Under the pieces are notes generated by a model that searched no databases, was not told where the DNA came from, and saw only the letters and a program-made list of their open reading frames with translations. A program made the translations under genes and the position numbers. Below are positions 39,629 through 51,397 of a stretch of 64,000 bases of DNA, one piece after another. Source of the stretch: Fonticula alba ATCC 38817 (Eukaryota; Protista; Nucleariida); assembly GCA_000388065.2 (NCBI GenBank), contig KB932202.1; one strand, 5' to 3'. How positions within the stretch are numbered: position 1 is the first letter of the stretch; each line of letters starts with the position of its first letter.

Positions 39629-40624
39629 TCAGTTGTGCTCCGGGGCATCGGTCATCAGGCTGTCCTCGGCGATGTTGGTCGCCGGGGCGTCAGAAGATGG
39701 GCCGCCTGCCGTTGAGGAATCGACTGCTGGGCCCTCCGCAACATCGATCGGTGGGTCAACCAGGGGGGTATTGGCATCATGGTCTCCGTCGCTGCTCGGG
39801 GGCGTAGGAGTCGGCGCGCCGATGGCCACAGAGACATTGAGATCCTCCTCCGTGAGGTCGGCATCTTCAAGATCACTGTCTTCCGACTCGTCAGCTGGCC
39901 CGGTGAAGATCGGCAATTGGCGGAAGGTCTCGAGTTGAGCACTGGCCAGTGGTTTTGGGCATATTGGGCGGCAGGTGAATGGGAGGGGGGGGGGGGGATT
40001 GGCCGGACCACANNNNNNNNNNGCAACATGAGCAAAAACGCGAGGGAAAGAGAGAAACGGAAAAAAAAGGTCCTTGTGCCAGGGGGAAATGTACCGTTTC
40101 CGGAAAAGCTGGTCACACGCCGTCTGAAAGAGGCGCTCCTGGTCAGGAAGGTCAAACTCCAGCCCGGGAAGCTGTTCGACTATGGATTTGGCCCGGCGAA
40201 GGGATTCGAGAAAGATGAGAATCTGCATGCCGACAAGGCCCCAGAGAAGGAAAAGACGGATGGGACAAGGGATGAGGCGGGAGATGGGCGGAAATGTCAG
40301 TAACAATCGCGGCACGGGCATAGAGGGGTGCACCGGTCCACACCGACAGCGAGGAGGCAATGCCAAACGCACCGACTTCTCGGCCTCCGACGGGTCCAGG
40401 CCATTTTCGATGGAGTCCACGACATCCAACAGCTTGGGCAGGAAGTCGAAAGCAGCTCTGTCAAAGGGAGGCGCGTCTACGGCCGTCAGCCCCGGGCTGC
40501 CCGGCGTGGCCAGGCCCTCCCTCGGAGTCACAAGGCCGGAGGAGTGCGGTGCCCCGATGGGAGTGTCGGGGTTCATCCTCGGTGTTGAGGAGCTTCCGGG
40601 GAAGGGAGAAAGGAGGTGGTCCAT
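39629..40624 (-). CDS. MED9: Mediator subunit MED9; exons 40624-40373, 40222-40095, 39941-39629
   Basis: The spliced core FDFLPKLLDVVDSIE..LESLRRAKSIVEQLPGLEFDLPDQERLFQTACDQLFRKRAQLETFRQLP matches the Med9 pattern (LPG..S.E.Q...L...EQ...K..LL). The start abuts an N gap, so it could lie further upstream. Confidence 0.75.
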   Translation of the reverse strand: MDHLLSPFPGSSSTPRMNPDTPIGAPHSSGLVTPREGLATPGSPGLTAVDAPPFDRAAFDFLPKLLDVVDSIENGLDPSEAEKSVRLALPPRCRCGPVHPSMPVPRLLLTFPPISRLIPCPIRLFLLWGLVGMQILIFLESLRRAKSIVEQLPGLEFDLPDQERLFQTACDQLFRKRYISPWHKDLFFPFLSFPRVFAHVXXXXCGPANPPPPLPFTCRPICPKPLASAQLETFRQLPIFTGPADESEDSDLEDADLTEEDLNVSVAIGAPTPTPPSSDGDHDANTPLVDPPIDVAEGPAVDSSTAGGPSSDAPATNIAEDSLMTDAPEHN

Positions 40625-41189
40625 TTCANNNNNNNNNNNNNNNNNNNNNNNNNNNNNNNNNNNNNNNNNNNNNNNNNNNNNNNNNNNNNNNNNNNNNNNN
40701 NNNNNNNNNNNNNNNNNNNNNNNGGGGGGGGGGGGAGGCGGATTGACCGACGCCCAGGTTGGAGGCGCCCGAGCGCTATATCCGGTGAAAAAGCCAACCG
40801 GGCAGGTCCCCCCCAACTGGACCAAGTAAACAGGGTTCCAGGGATGGCGGGCGGTCAGTTGGGATCCGATCGCTGGCGGCGTTGGCACTCGTATCTGCCT
40901 CGTGTTCCGTCGTCCCTTCTTCCCCGAGCACGGGGGAGAGGGGGGCGTTCCTGCGCCGGAGGTCCGGCTGAGGTGGGATCTGCTCTGGCGTGCGGACGGG
41001 TGGGAAAAGGGCCCCGGCGGCGCCTTCCGACGCACTCCATCCGCCCAGACACACTTCCTCTTCTGCCCGCCCCCTTGCGCCACCTCCCTTTCCCCTCCAC
41101 TGCCCTCCCCCCCTTCCCCCCCCTCCCCCTCCCCCACCCACACACACACACATCCATCCACCTCGACTGGCTCCTCGTGCCTCGGCGAC

Positions 41190-43073
41190 ATGCACTCTCT
41201 CCTGCGGTGGGCTGGCCCACTGGCCCGGCGATCAGGCACACAGCCGGCAACCGCGGCTGCCATGCATCAGCTCCTCCAGCGGTGTAGAGGGCCTCCCCGC
41301 GCCAAGGCCCCGGCCGGAGTGGCCCTTGCGTCGGGTGCCATCACCAGTGCCGGGGATGGCCCAGCCACGACACAGGCGCCGGAGGCTGAGCTGGCCTCCA
41401 CTCCGGCAGCCGACCCGATGGCCGACCAAATGGCTGACATGATGGCCTCGTTGATGGCCTCTTCGGCTCCGATGCCGGGGGCAGGTGGGGCACTTGCCGG
41501 GGAGCTGCTTCCGCTGGCATCCTCCTACCAAGATCCGGTGATGGGGTTCGTTTGGGTGGCCGAGCGGGCACTCCGGCTGCTGCACGATCTGCCATCTGGA
41601 GCTGGCTTGCCGCCGGTTCCCTGGTGGCTGACCATCCTGACGCTGACGCTGGTGGCGCGATCGGCCATCAGTGTGCCGGCCACCATGTGGAGTCTGCGGC
41701 GATCCCACGCCATCGAGCGCCTGAAGCCCACGCTGGATGCCTGGCAGGCACGCTTTTCGACGGAAATGATGCGCGACGTTGTCACGGCATACGAGCGGCG
41801 TCGTGATGCCCCAGGCCCGCCTCCAAGCCCGAAGGAAGTGCTGCAAGCCGGCAACATCAACATTGTCTACGAGGATGTCGTCCCGGCGGCGCATGGTATC
41901 GAGCTGGCCCCGGCCGCGCGAAAGAAGCTCGTCCGGCAACTGGAGAAGAGGGTGCGTTGCTCTGGTCTGGGGGCTTCCTTCTTTTTTTTTCTCTCTCTCG
42001 ATCGGCCCCTGCCATGCTTCCCGCTGTCCATGGCAGACGATTTAACCCCCTCGGCTGGCGGTGATGGCGGTCGGGGGTGGCGGGAAAACCCAACGTCCCG
42101 TAGATGCGCAAGCAGCGAGGCGCCGAACTCAAAGGGGCCGGCCTGTCGCACTATGCCTCGCCACCGGTCATGATGGCTGTCATGCAGATCCCCCTGTGGC
42201 TGAGTGTGTCACTGGCACTGCGGCACATGTCCGCCTTCTCCGGGGGGTCGTGGCTGCTGAATGCGGCGGCCGGGACGCCGGACCCGGCTTTCCGCCCGGC
42301 GCCGCTGCCTGGCTTCACGGAGGGTGGCTTTGGTCCCTTCCTGGATCTGACAGTGGCCGATCCCTCGGGATTGCTGCCGCTGGCCACCGGGTCGGTGCTG
42401 CTGCTGAATTCGCTGGTGCGTCGTCTGGCCGGCTTCTCCTCTTGCCCCCCTTTGCTGTGTCCCCTTCGCTGTGTCCCCTTCGCTGTGTCCCCTTCGCTGT
42501 GTCCCCTTCGCTGTGTCCCCTTCGCTGTGTCTCTTACCTTCGCTGCCCCGCTGCATCTGCTTTCTCCCGGCACGGTGTCCTTGCCCACCATGGGCCGATC
42601 CATGTAGTACACGTACCTGCGCAAGCCGGCCGGCGTGGAGCTGTCCGTGCAGATGCGGTATGTCAATGCTCTGAGTGTTTCCGGAGCTTGTGTGATCTTC
42701 GCCCTGGGCGATACCCTCCCGGCGGTGCGTTCGCGTGTCCTCTCACCGAATTTGGCGCTCTCCACCTGTCTGCATCCCCATCTCGGCCCATGTTCCTCTC
42801 TTTGCTTTGCGCCAGACACTTACCCCCCGATGGCGGTGGCGAGAGCAGGCCCTCTACTTTTACTGGCTCTCAAGCGGCGTGTTCAGCCTCAGTCAGCAGG
42901 TCCTGCTCAATAATCCCTGGTTCCGGCGGTATGTCCTGCGAGTGCCCTTCCTCCGCAGTGAGCGTGCATCGCTCATCCACCTTGGTCGGCGCCTCCAGCG
43001 TGAGGGCAAGCTCGGGGCATCTCTCCTGGCGGCCGCCCGCGGGTGGCGTATGCCGGCTTGGTGGCGGGCCTAG
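41190..43073 (+). CDS. COX18: Mitochondrial inner-membrane insertase, COX18/Oxa1/YidC family
   Basis: Arg-rich presequence MHSLLRWAGPLARRS. Motifs PWWLTILTLTLVAR, QIPLWLSVSLALRHM, GGFGPFLDLTVADPSGLLP and LYFYWLSSGVFSLSQQVLL. The short C-terminus lacks an Oxa1-type long ribosome-binding tail. Confidence 0.85.
42451..42531 (+). repeat. Intronic 14-nt minisatellite (TTCGCTGTGTCCCC) x~6
   Basis: Four perfect units plus one variant and one partial unit in a COX18 intron. Confidence 0.9.
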
Positions 43074-44473
43074 AGGGGGGAGAACGCGCGTGCGGGCGAA
43101 CAGCGCACCCCCCTGCCGGTGCCGGAAAATAGACTCTTCCGTCGGCAGTTCTCTGCTGGCGATTGTTCCCCTCAACCTGGCAGATGCGATCTCGCTGTCC
43201 TGGGGCGGTCCTGTCCGGCGGGGGAGCGGGGGCGGGGGAGCGGGGGCGGGGGAGCGGGGGCGGGGGCGGGGAGGGGGGAGCTAGCAACAGCAAAAGGTCC
43301 AGGGGTGTCGGTGGGCCGGTGTGGCTGCATCATCGGGCGNNNNNNNNNNNNNNNNNNNNNNNNNNNNNNNNNNNNNNNNNNNNNNNNNNNNNNNNNNNNN
43401 NNNNNNNNNNNNNNNNNNNNNNNNNNNNNNNNNNNNNNNNNNNNNNNNNNNNNNNNNNNNNNNNNNNNNNNNNNNNNNNNNNNNNNNNNNNNNNNNNNNN
43501 NNNNNNNNNNNNNNNNNNNNNNNNNNNNNNNNNNNNNNNNNNNNNNNNNNNNNNNNNNNNNNNNNNNNNNNNNNNNNNNNNNNNNNNNNNNNNNNNNNNN
43601 NNNNNNNNNNNNNNNNNNNNNNNNNNNNNNNNNNNNNNNNNNNNNNNNNNNNNNNNNNNNNNNNNNNNNNNNNNNNNNNNNNNNNNNNNNNNNNNNNNNN
43701 NNNNNNNNNNNNNNNNNNNNNNNNNNNNNNNNNNNNNNNNNNNNNNNNNNNNNNNNNNNNNNNNNNNNNNNNNNNNNNNNNNNNNNNNNNNNNNNNNNNN
43801 NNNNNNNNNNNNNNNNNNNNNNNNNNNNNNNNNNNNNNNNNNNNNNNNNNNNNNNNNNNNNNNNNNNNNNNNNNNNNNNNNNNNNNNNNNNNNNNNNNNN
43901 NNNNNNNNNNNNNNNNNNNNNNNNNNNNNNNNNNNNNNNNNNNNNNNNNNNNNNNNNNNNNNNNNNNNNNNNNNNNNNNNNNNNNNNNNNNNNNNNNNNN
44001 NNNNNNNNNNNNNNNNNNNNNNNNNNNNNNNNNNNNNNNNNNNNNNNNNNNNNNNNNNNNNNNNNNNNNNNNNNNNNNNNNNNNNNNNNNNNNNNNNNNN
44101 NNNNNNNNNNNNNNNNNNNNNNNNNNNNNNNNNNNNNNNNNNNNNNNNNNNNNNNNNNNNNNNNNNNNNNNNNNNNNNNNNNNNNNNNNNNNNNNNNNNN
44201 NNNNNNNNNNNNNNNNNNNNNNNNNNNNNNNNNNNNNNNNNNNNNNNNNNNNNNNNNNNNNNNNNNNNNNNNNNNNNNNNNNNNNNNNNNNNNNCCATTG
44301 GAGAAATACATCTTGTCCTGTCTCTCTTTGCCCATATACCGCCTTGTGGAGGCCGAGGGCGGTGTCTGTGCTCCTCCCCGGCGAATCGGACAGGCACAGC
44401 CCTCAAAGAGTGACTCCTCGATGTGCAGACTTCCGGATTTATACGCGGCAAGCGAAGGACCCAGCAACCGGAC

Positions 44474-44546
44474 GGGGGCGTAGCTCAAATGGTAGAGCGG
44501 CCGCTTAGCATGCGGCAGGCAGGGGGATCGATACCCTCCGCCTCCA
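44474..44546 (+). tRNA. tRNA-Ala(AGC): tRNA-Ala (anticodon AGC), intronless
   Basis: Cloverleaf: acceptor GGGGGCG/CGCCTCC with the G3:U70 Ala identity pair, D arm GCTC/GAGC, anticodon arm GCCGC-TTAGCAT-GCGGC, T arm GGGGG-ATCGATA-CCCTC, discriminator A. Confidence 0.97.
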
Positions 44547-44552
44547 GGGTTC

Positions 44553-44557
44553 TTTTT
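44553..44557 (+). terminator. RNA polymerase III terminator (T5)
   Basis: TTTTT 7 nt downstream of the tRNA discriminator base. Confidence 0.75.
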
Positions 44558-45160
44558 GTCATTCGGAATGAGCCGGGCCTCACCGGACATTGCGCAGACG
44601 CACACGGCCGGGGCCTGTGTACTTTTTCCTTTTTCTTTCTTTCCCTCTTTCCTCTCTCTCTCTCTCTCTCTCTGTGCTGCAAGGGTTGATAATTGCCAGG
44701 GAGCCATGTGAAACGAAGACACATGGCCAAGGGGTGTCGTCCGGCGCTCTTAAGGAGTGGGAGGGGAATGAGGAAGGTGTCGATCGCACACCTGCCCCTT
44801 TTTGCATCCCCTGTCCCTTTTTGCACACCGGTCACCTACACTGGTGGACATATGGTGGGAAACTGGCGCCGGAGCGTCGCGCCTCCGAGAGAGAGGCCAA
44901 GACGCCTGGCAAGTCTTTCATTGGAGGGAATATATTTTTGGGGTGGTTTCGCACGGGAGGGAGCGACATAGGCAGCGAAGCAGGAGGACGCAGGGAAAAA
45001 AAAACACGAGAGGAGGCGACACGCGCGCTGGGGGAAAACACGGAGATGCAAGGACAGAGGGAGGGGGAGAAGGGGAAGGAAGACCGAAAGGAAGCTGCCA
45101 ATCATGGGGGCCACACGTTCGGCCACCGGCACACGAGGCGACCGACAGGAAGGTGCGCAC

Positions 45161-46631
45161 TCAGACGGTAGCATGCATGTCGTTGAACCAGGGGTGCACG
45201 AGGGCGCGCTTGCAAGAAATGCGGTTGGCCGGGTCGTAGATGAGCATTTGCTGTGTGCGAAGCGAAAGAGCGCACGGCCAACATGGCGATTGGACAGACC
45301 CAGGTAGGGGGGAAGGGGGAGCGGCGGCGGACAAGAGGGCGGTTAAGATGCAGAAGGGGCCGGAGTGGAGCATCGGTGCTCCGCGGAGCAGCGGACAACG
45401 CCCTCCATCCCGGCAGCGCAGAGGCGGAGCCGGGGAGGGACAGGGAGGAAAAGACGAGACATGGTGGTCACCACGCAAGGATGGAAGGACATACCTTCAG
45501 CAGGTCCAGGCCAACAGGGTCCAGCCCGGGAACGGCTTCGGCCAGGTCCTGGGCCGGCCACTTGGGGATGCAGTTCTGGTAGTCCGGCAGGCGGACGACC
45601 TCGGGCCAGACCTCCTCGGTGGGAGTGCCGAGGCGCTGGAAAATCTTGAAGATCTCGTCAATCTCCGAGTCACCGGGGAAGAGCGGGCGCCGGGTGACCA
45701 TCTCGGCCATGATGCAGCCGACCGACCAGACATCCACCGGGGTGGAGTACTGGCGCGAGCCGAGGAGAATCTCCGGCGCGCGGTACCACAGGGTGACCAC
45801 CTCGTGGGTGTACGCGCGAATCGGCACCCCGAACACACGGGCCAGGCCGAAATCCGCCAGCTTGATGTTGCCGATGGTGTCGATCAGCAGGTTGTGCGGC
45901 TTCAGGTCGCGGTGCAGAATGCGACGCTGGTGGCAGTAGTTCAGGCCGTCGAGGATCTGGAAAACGTAGGACTGGGGGCAGAGCACGGCAGCGAGGGAGA
46001 AGTGCCGGAGAAGGGAGAGACACAGGGCGGGTGAGTTGCTGCTCGTGGCGCCACAGGGCAGGGCCGATGCATGGGGCAGGCCAAAATGGACGCGCGCATG
46101 TGCACGAACGAACCTTGACAAGGGCCATGTCCAGAGGGAGGTGGCGGGTGGCCTCGATGTAGCGACGAAGATCGCGCTCCATGTACTCGAAGACCAGGTA
46201 GACCTTGCTCTCGTGCTGGATGACATCCTTGAGACTACGTGGGTACAAGGGCGAGACAGAGGGAAGCATTGAACCACGGCATGGGCCCGGACAGAGAGGA
46301 GGAGGAGGAGGAGGAGGAGGAGGAAGAACGGCCCGAGGGACGAGAGAGAGAGAGAGAAGGGGGGGGGGAGAGGGGTAGAGAGACGGAGTCAGGGGGAAGA
46401 ACGGGCAGGGGAGCGATGATGGCAAATGCAAGCGTACCCGATGATGCTCTTGTGCTGGAGCTCACGGAGGACGGAAATCTCACGGATGGCCGTGCTCGGG
46501 ACACCCTCGTCCTCATTGTCCAGGCGAATCTTCTTCATGGCGACAATGGTCTGAGTGGCAATCTCCTCGGCCTTGTAGACGACACCGTAGGTGCCCTCGC
46601 CGATTTTGTCGATCTTCCGGTAGGCGTCCAT
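45161..46631 (-). CDS. CDK1: Cyclin-dependent kinase, PSTAIRE type (CDK1/CDK2/Cdc2); exons 46631-46438, 46234-46114, 45971-45495, 45250-45161
   Basis: Motifs [72 protein letters not shown] and [18 protein letters not shown]. Confidence 0.97.
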
Positions 46632-47222
46632 TGTCTAGCGAGTACGAGGGTCAAGAGGTGTGGGCAGAGGCCGACGGCGGTAGGTGAGGACAATGAAAGG
46701 GACGAAAGAGGGAAATAATGTGTGTGCGTGTGTGCGTGTGTGTGTGTGTGTGTGCGAGTAGGCGTACGAGAGAGGAAGCGGGCGGGGTGTGTGCGTGTGT
46801 GTGTGTGCGTGAAAGGGGGGGGGGAGACGAAGAGACGGGGCGGTAGCGGCGAGGGAGGAAGGGGAAGCGCTGGGGAGGGAGAAAGATGGAGCTGAGGTGG
46901 GGCTGGCAAATGACGGGTTTCGGGGGGTGGATAATGAAGCGGGGCAGAATGGACAGGAGCGCCTCCTCAAGAAGGGCTCTTTCCCTGTTCAGGGAATCGG
47001 GGATGAAGGGGGACACCGATGGGCCGGAGCATCGTCCAGGAAACTGCTCCCCAGCCAGGGGCAATGCTCGGGCGCCGGGCAACCCCCACCCCCGGGGGGG
47101 GGGGCGAGCATTGTTCGGGTGCCCGGGTCCGAACTGCGGCCGGTGTTGCCGCGACCGTCCGGGGCCGGGATGGAGGGGCTCCCAGCCGGTGCGCAGCCGT
47201 GTGGGGACATGGAGAAGGACAT

Positions 47223-47253
<31 letters not shown>

Positions 47254-48294
47254 CACTGGCAACGAGTCCCGCTCTAAGGTCGTGTAACTGGCCTGTCGCG
47301 CACATGGGGGCCAGGGGGGAAGGCGCTGGCATGTTCGGCCACAGGCTCGTAGTCCGCGCGCGCGCGCGGACAGGCGGGCAAAGAAGCCCCCGAGCCCCGG
47401 GCCGTTGATTCACGCCGGAGCCGGGGCAACATGCTTGTCAGGCATGAGGACAGGGACACTCGGACCCCGCATCGCCGGGGGCGTCTTCTTCCCGGGTACA
47501 CGCGCGGGCACAATGTGTGTAAGTTGTGGACGCGCGCGGACGCACACACCCACACCCGCACATGCTCACTCACTCACTTGCGCGGATTCGCGGTACACAC
47601 CTCCAACGGCCAGGGGCCGCGTAACCGATCTATTTAAAAAGCCGCCCCCCCCCCCCCCCCGGCGCCCAGGCTCTGCCCCGGTCGGTGTATTTAAACAGGG
47701 AAGAAAAAAAACCGCTCTCTCCCACGTGATCCACGAATACGTTCATTGGCATGCTAGGTCCCCTTCCGGGCGTCCGGTTTGTAATGTGCATCCAGAGGGC
47801 GGGCTGGCGGGGGTCCTCGCAACGATCACCTCTCACGCATTGTCCGTCGTATGGGGCCCGGTTCCGCGAGCAGTGTTCATTATGCCCTGAGAGGAACTGA
47901 CATTCGATCGAATGGTGTGCCGTTGGGCCGCAGACCAAAAGGGTCGGACCGATCGTGCATTGTCCGGCCAGCAGGCCCGGGGCGCAGGTCAGGATACCGG
48001 GCACCTGGCGCGTGGGCGCGCACCAAGCTGACACGGACTTCAGATGCGCACGCCCCCAGGCCAGGGGGACCAACAGTTGTGTGTGTGTGTGTGTGTGCGT
48101 GTGCAAACTTGTCTACAGGGGGGAGGGGAGGAGACGGTGAGGAGCAGGGTGAGGCCAGCGTGGAAATCGGCCTCCTCGGCCTTGGGCAAAAAATACCCCC
48201 CCCTCCCCCTCACCCACACTCACTGACACATTGGCTGTAATCCAGGGCTGTCTATTCGGCCTTCTCCTTCAAGAAAGGCAGGATGATCCATTGT

Positions 48295-48495
48295 CTACTG
48301 GTCCTTGGGCTTCGTGTGGGACCGAGACGCCGAAGAGGCAATTCTCCTCCCGGGGGCCGGCTTGCTGGACGCGGTCGTGGTGCCGTCGCTCATGTCCAGG
48401 ATGTTGGTGTACCGAAGAATGAACCAGGCCTCTGCCACGGCAGTGACGATGGCACTGAGGATTGACAGCAGTACACGCTGGGAGGGAGGGAGGAA

Positions 48496-48534
<39 letters not shown>

Positions 48535-49748
48535 GCACGGTCAGGGCAGGGGCACGTCAGCAGCATGAGGCACCTGACGGCAGGCAAGAGACACGGGGGA
48601 AAACGCACGATGGCCATATCGCCAGAGGCATACTTGGAGGCCGCAAAGACCGCACCCCCGACACCGAGGACACTGAACATCATATTGATGATGGCAGTGA
48701 TCTGCCGGCTTTGAGTGCGGATTTCACTGATGTCCAAAATGTTGGTCGTGTCCGAGGGGCCCTGAATTGGAGCAGACTGCCGGGCCCACAAGGGACAGTC
48801 CATTCGGAGGACCATATGCACAATCAATGGTCAGAGGGGAGCGGTTGTGGCATGTTGGCAAGGGGCGGAAGGGGCAGCAAGACAGCGGGTACACACCGTG
48901 CCAGCCAAATCACCGGTCCGCTTGCGGATGCCCTTGCCCACCATCTGGGCGTAGTCCGTGGCATCGAGCTGATCGCGGAGTTTTTGCAAGCGGGCAACCA
49001 GCTGAGGGTCCTGTGACAGGGAAGGAGGGCGGTTAGGGAGAGGGAAAGGCATCGAGGATCGTGCGGGGGGCGGGTCGGGGTGAGACTGAACATACCCGGT
49101 GAACACGGACCGGGGCAGGCCATTCAAGGCCGCCGGCCTCCCCGGCGCACAGTCGGCGCAGAGGAATCCCTGATGGGGGGGGGGGGGGGAGAGGGGTGGT
49201 CAGGGTCAGCGCCGAACGTGACAGCGAGATAGTGGCAGGGATGGTGGTGAGGCGAGGTCTGTCGATCGAGATGGCAAATTGCCACACACCAGATAGGGTG
49301 GAGATCTTCCGAAGCGTGTCCAGATCCGACGAGACACTGGAGCCAGCGGGTGGGGAAGAGGAGAAAGGGGAACAGGACGGGGCGGAGCCCGTGGCGTCAG
49401 GGGAGAGGAATGGGCGGGGATGTCCATGCAAAAAGCATGGGGAAAGACCATCTGGAGGCTTGCGCACCTCTCGCCGGACTTGAAGGAGGAGATGGACGCC
49501 TCGAGGGAGGTCAGCCAGTCGCGATGAACCGTTTGGCCGCGGTGTGTCAGAGTGACGGCGGCAGCCGAGGCGGTCTCAAAGCCGGAGGCCAGGTCGCTGG
49601 CCAGATCCCCGGCAATGGCGGCCGTTGTGGGGGTCCAGCGAAGCGATACGCCAAAGGCTTGTGGGGTCCGGTACACCGGGGCGAGGAAGTCGGGCTCCTC
49701 AGCCGGGGTGTCGGCGAGCCGGGGCGCGTCGGCCGATGTGGCGCGCAT
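48295..49748 (-). CDS. TMEM199: V-ATPase assembly factor TMEM199/Vma12, multi-exon
   Basis: Motifs DPQLVARLQKLRDQLDATDYAQMV and EIRTQSRQITAIINMMFSVLGVGGAVF, then a second TM segment RVLLSILSAIVTAVAEAWFILRY. The 5' end is uncertain. Confidence 0.85.
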
Positions 49749-51397
49749 GTTGTGTGGTAGGGGTGCGAGGACGGGAGGGGGAGGGGGGGGGAGGGGGAGG
49801 AGGAGCGGGGGAGGGGACAGGGATGGCACGCGGGCTGGAGGAGGGCGGGGAATACGGGCAAGCCTTGGCGGGGACACGGTCTTGCCCCACCTGCAAATGT
49901 GTCTGTGATCTTCCTGCCAGGGGAGGGGGCCAGCCTCGGCCCGGCGCTCTGCCTCGCCGACCGGAGATTGCCCCAGACTTTTTCCCCTACCTGGGAGGGC
50001 ATGGTCCGATCGGGGTGGGTGGGTGGGAGGGGGGGGGGGGGCGGGTTTGATCCCCCCCCGCCCATGTAGGCGGCCTTGGCGCCGCGGTCAGCCGGGGCGT
50101 GTGCAAGTGTGCGTGTGTATCTGCGGCTCTCTGGGCTCTTGGGGGGGGGGCGGGGGGCGTCGAGCGGCTTCCCTGCTCAGTGGGCGGCTCGGTCCTGGAC
50201 GATGATCATGCCGCTAGATCAGGCTGGACACGCACAGGTTGGGCACTCGCCAAGCGATGCCGATTTAGGTGGAGTCTATGGTCACGTACGGGGCATTGCG
50301 CACGTATCTCAGCTCACGCGATCACAATCGACTTGGCGGCGCTCCCTCTCTGGGATGCAATAGCATTCTTCTTGGCGCACACAGCCCCTTCGTGTTTTCG
50401 GTAGTGGTGGGCGTGAGAGTCAGCGAGACCTACGCACTACCCCCCTCCCTGTAGCCGGATGTATTTTTCGGCAGGGACGGCCCCCCGCGTTCCGTCCGTG
50501 TGTGTCCCTCCTTCCAGCTGCTCTGCCCCCCCCCCCCCCCCCCGGGGAGCGGGGCGCGCGCCTGCCCACATGCCGGTCGCCTTGTTTGGGCGCTTGGTCC
50601 CGGAGATGGGCCGTGTATCCGCCGCCGGGCCAAAACCATGATGACTGGTTGAATGCCCGAGGAGAAAGGCCAAGATGATGGGCATGGGAGCCCGATTCGC
50701 CGGCACCCCAGGCATGACACGCTCCTTTCCCGCCCCCATTCACGGGCCGAAATCCTCAGCCCGGAACCCGACCACAGCCCGAACACCGACCGCGACTTTG
50801 CCGATCCGTCATTCTGCCGTGATCCGCCCGGCCAGCGTGTGCTCAATTCCCCACGCAATGGGCGCGTGGCCGGGCGAATTGGGCCGCGGCCGGGCGCATG
50901 CTCCACCAGAAGTCCGGAGGGGGGGGGGCGCAGGGGCGAGGGGGGGAGGGGGCGGGGGGGGGGGGTGCCCACGCAGGATGGCAGATGCCCTGCCCTGTTG
51001 TTCTGGATCAGTGGGCCACCACGCACACGCGCACACCCACACTTGGGGGAAGACCTGTGAGAGCGGACCCCTGGCCCAGGCCTAGGCCCCCCCCCCCCCC
51101 CCCCCCCCCTCCGCTGTTCCCTTCAAATGGGCCTGGCACGGCCCCCTCTGCCGTGCCAGGATTTTCCTCTTCCTGAGTATCTGCCAGAGGCCGCTCCGCG
51201 TTTGAAAACGTCCCAGCGCACCCCCCTCCTGCCGCATCCAATACCCGGCACCCCCCCCCCAGTCCTCAGCCACCCTCCTGTTGTGTTCCTTCGTCTTCTG
51301 CCGTGCTTCCTCCCCTCCTCCCCTTCTCTACTCCTCCCCCCTCCCCCGGCCGCTTTCCTGCACACCCGCGCGGCTCTCTCCCGGCTTCTTGCCGACC

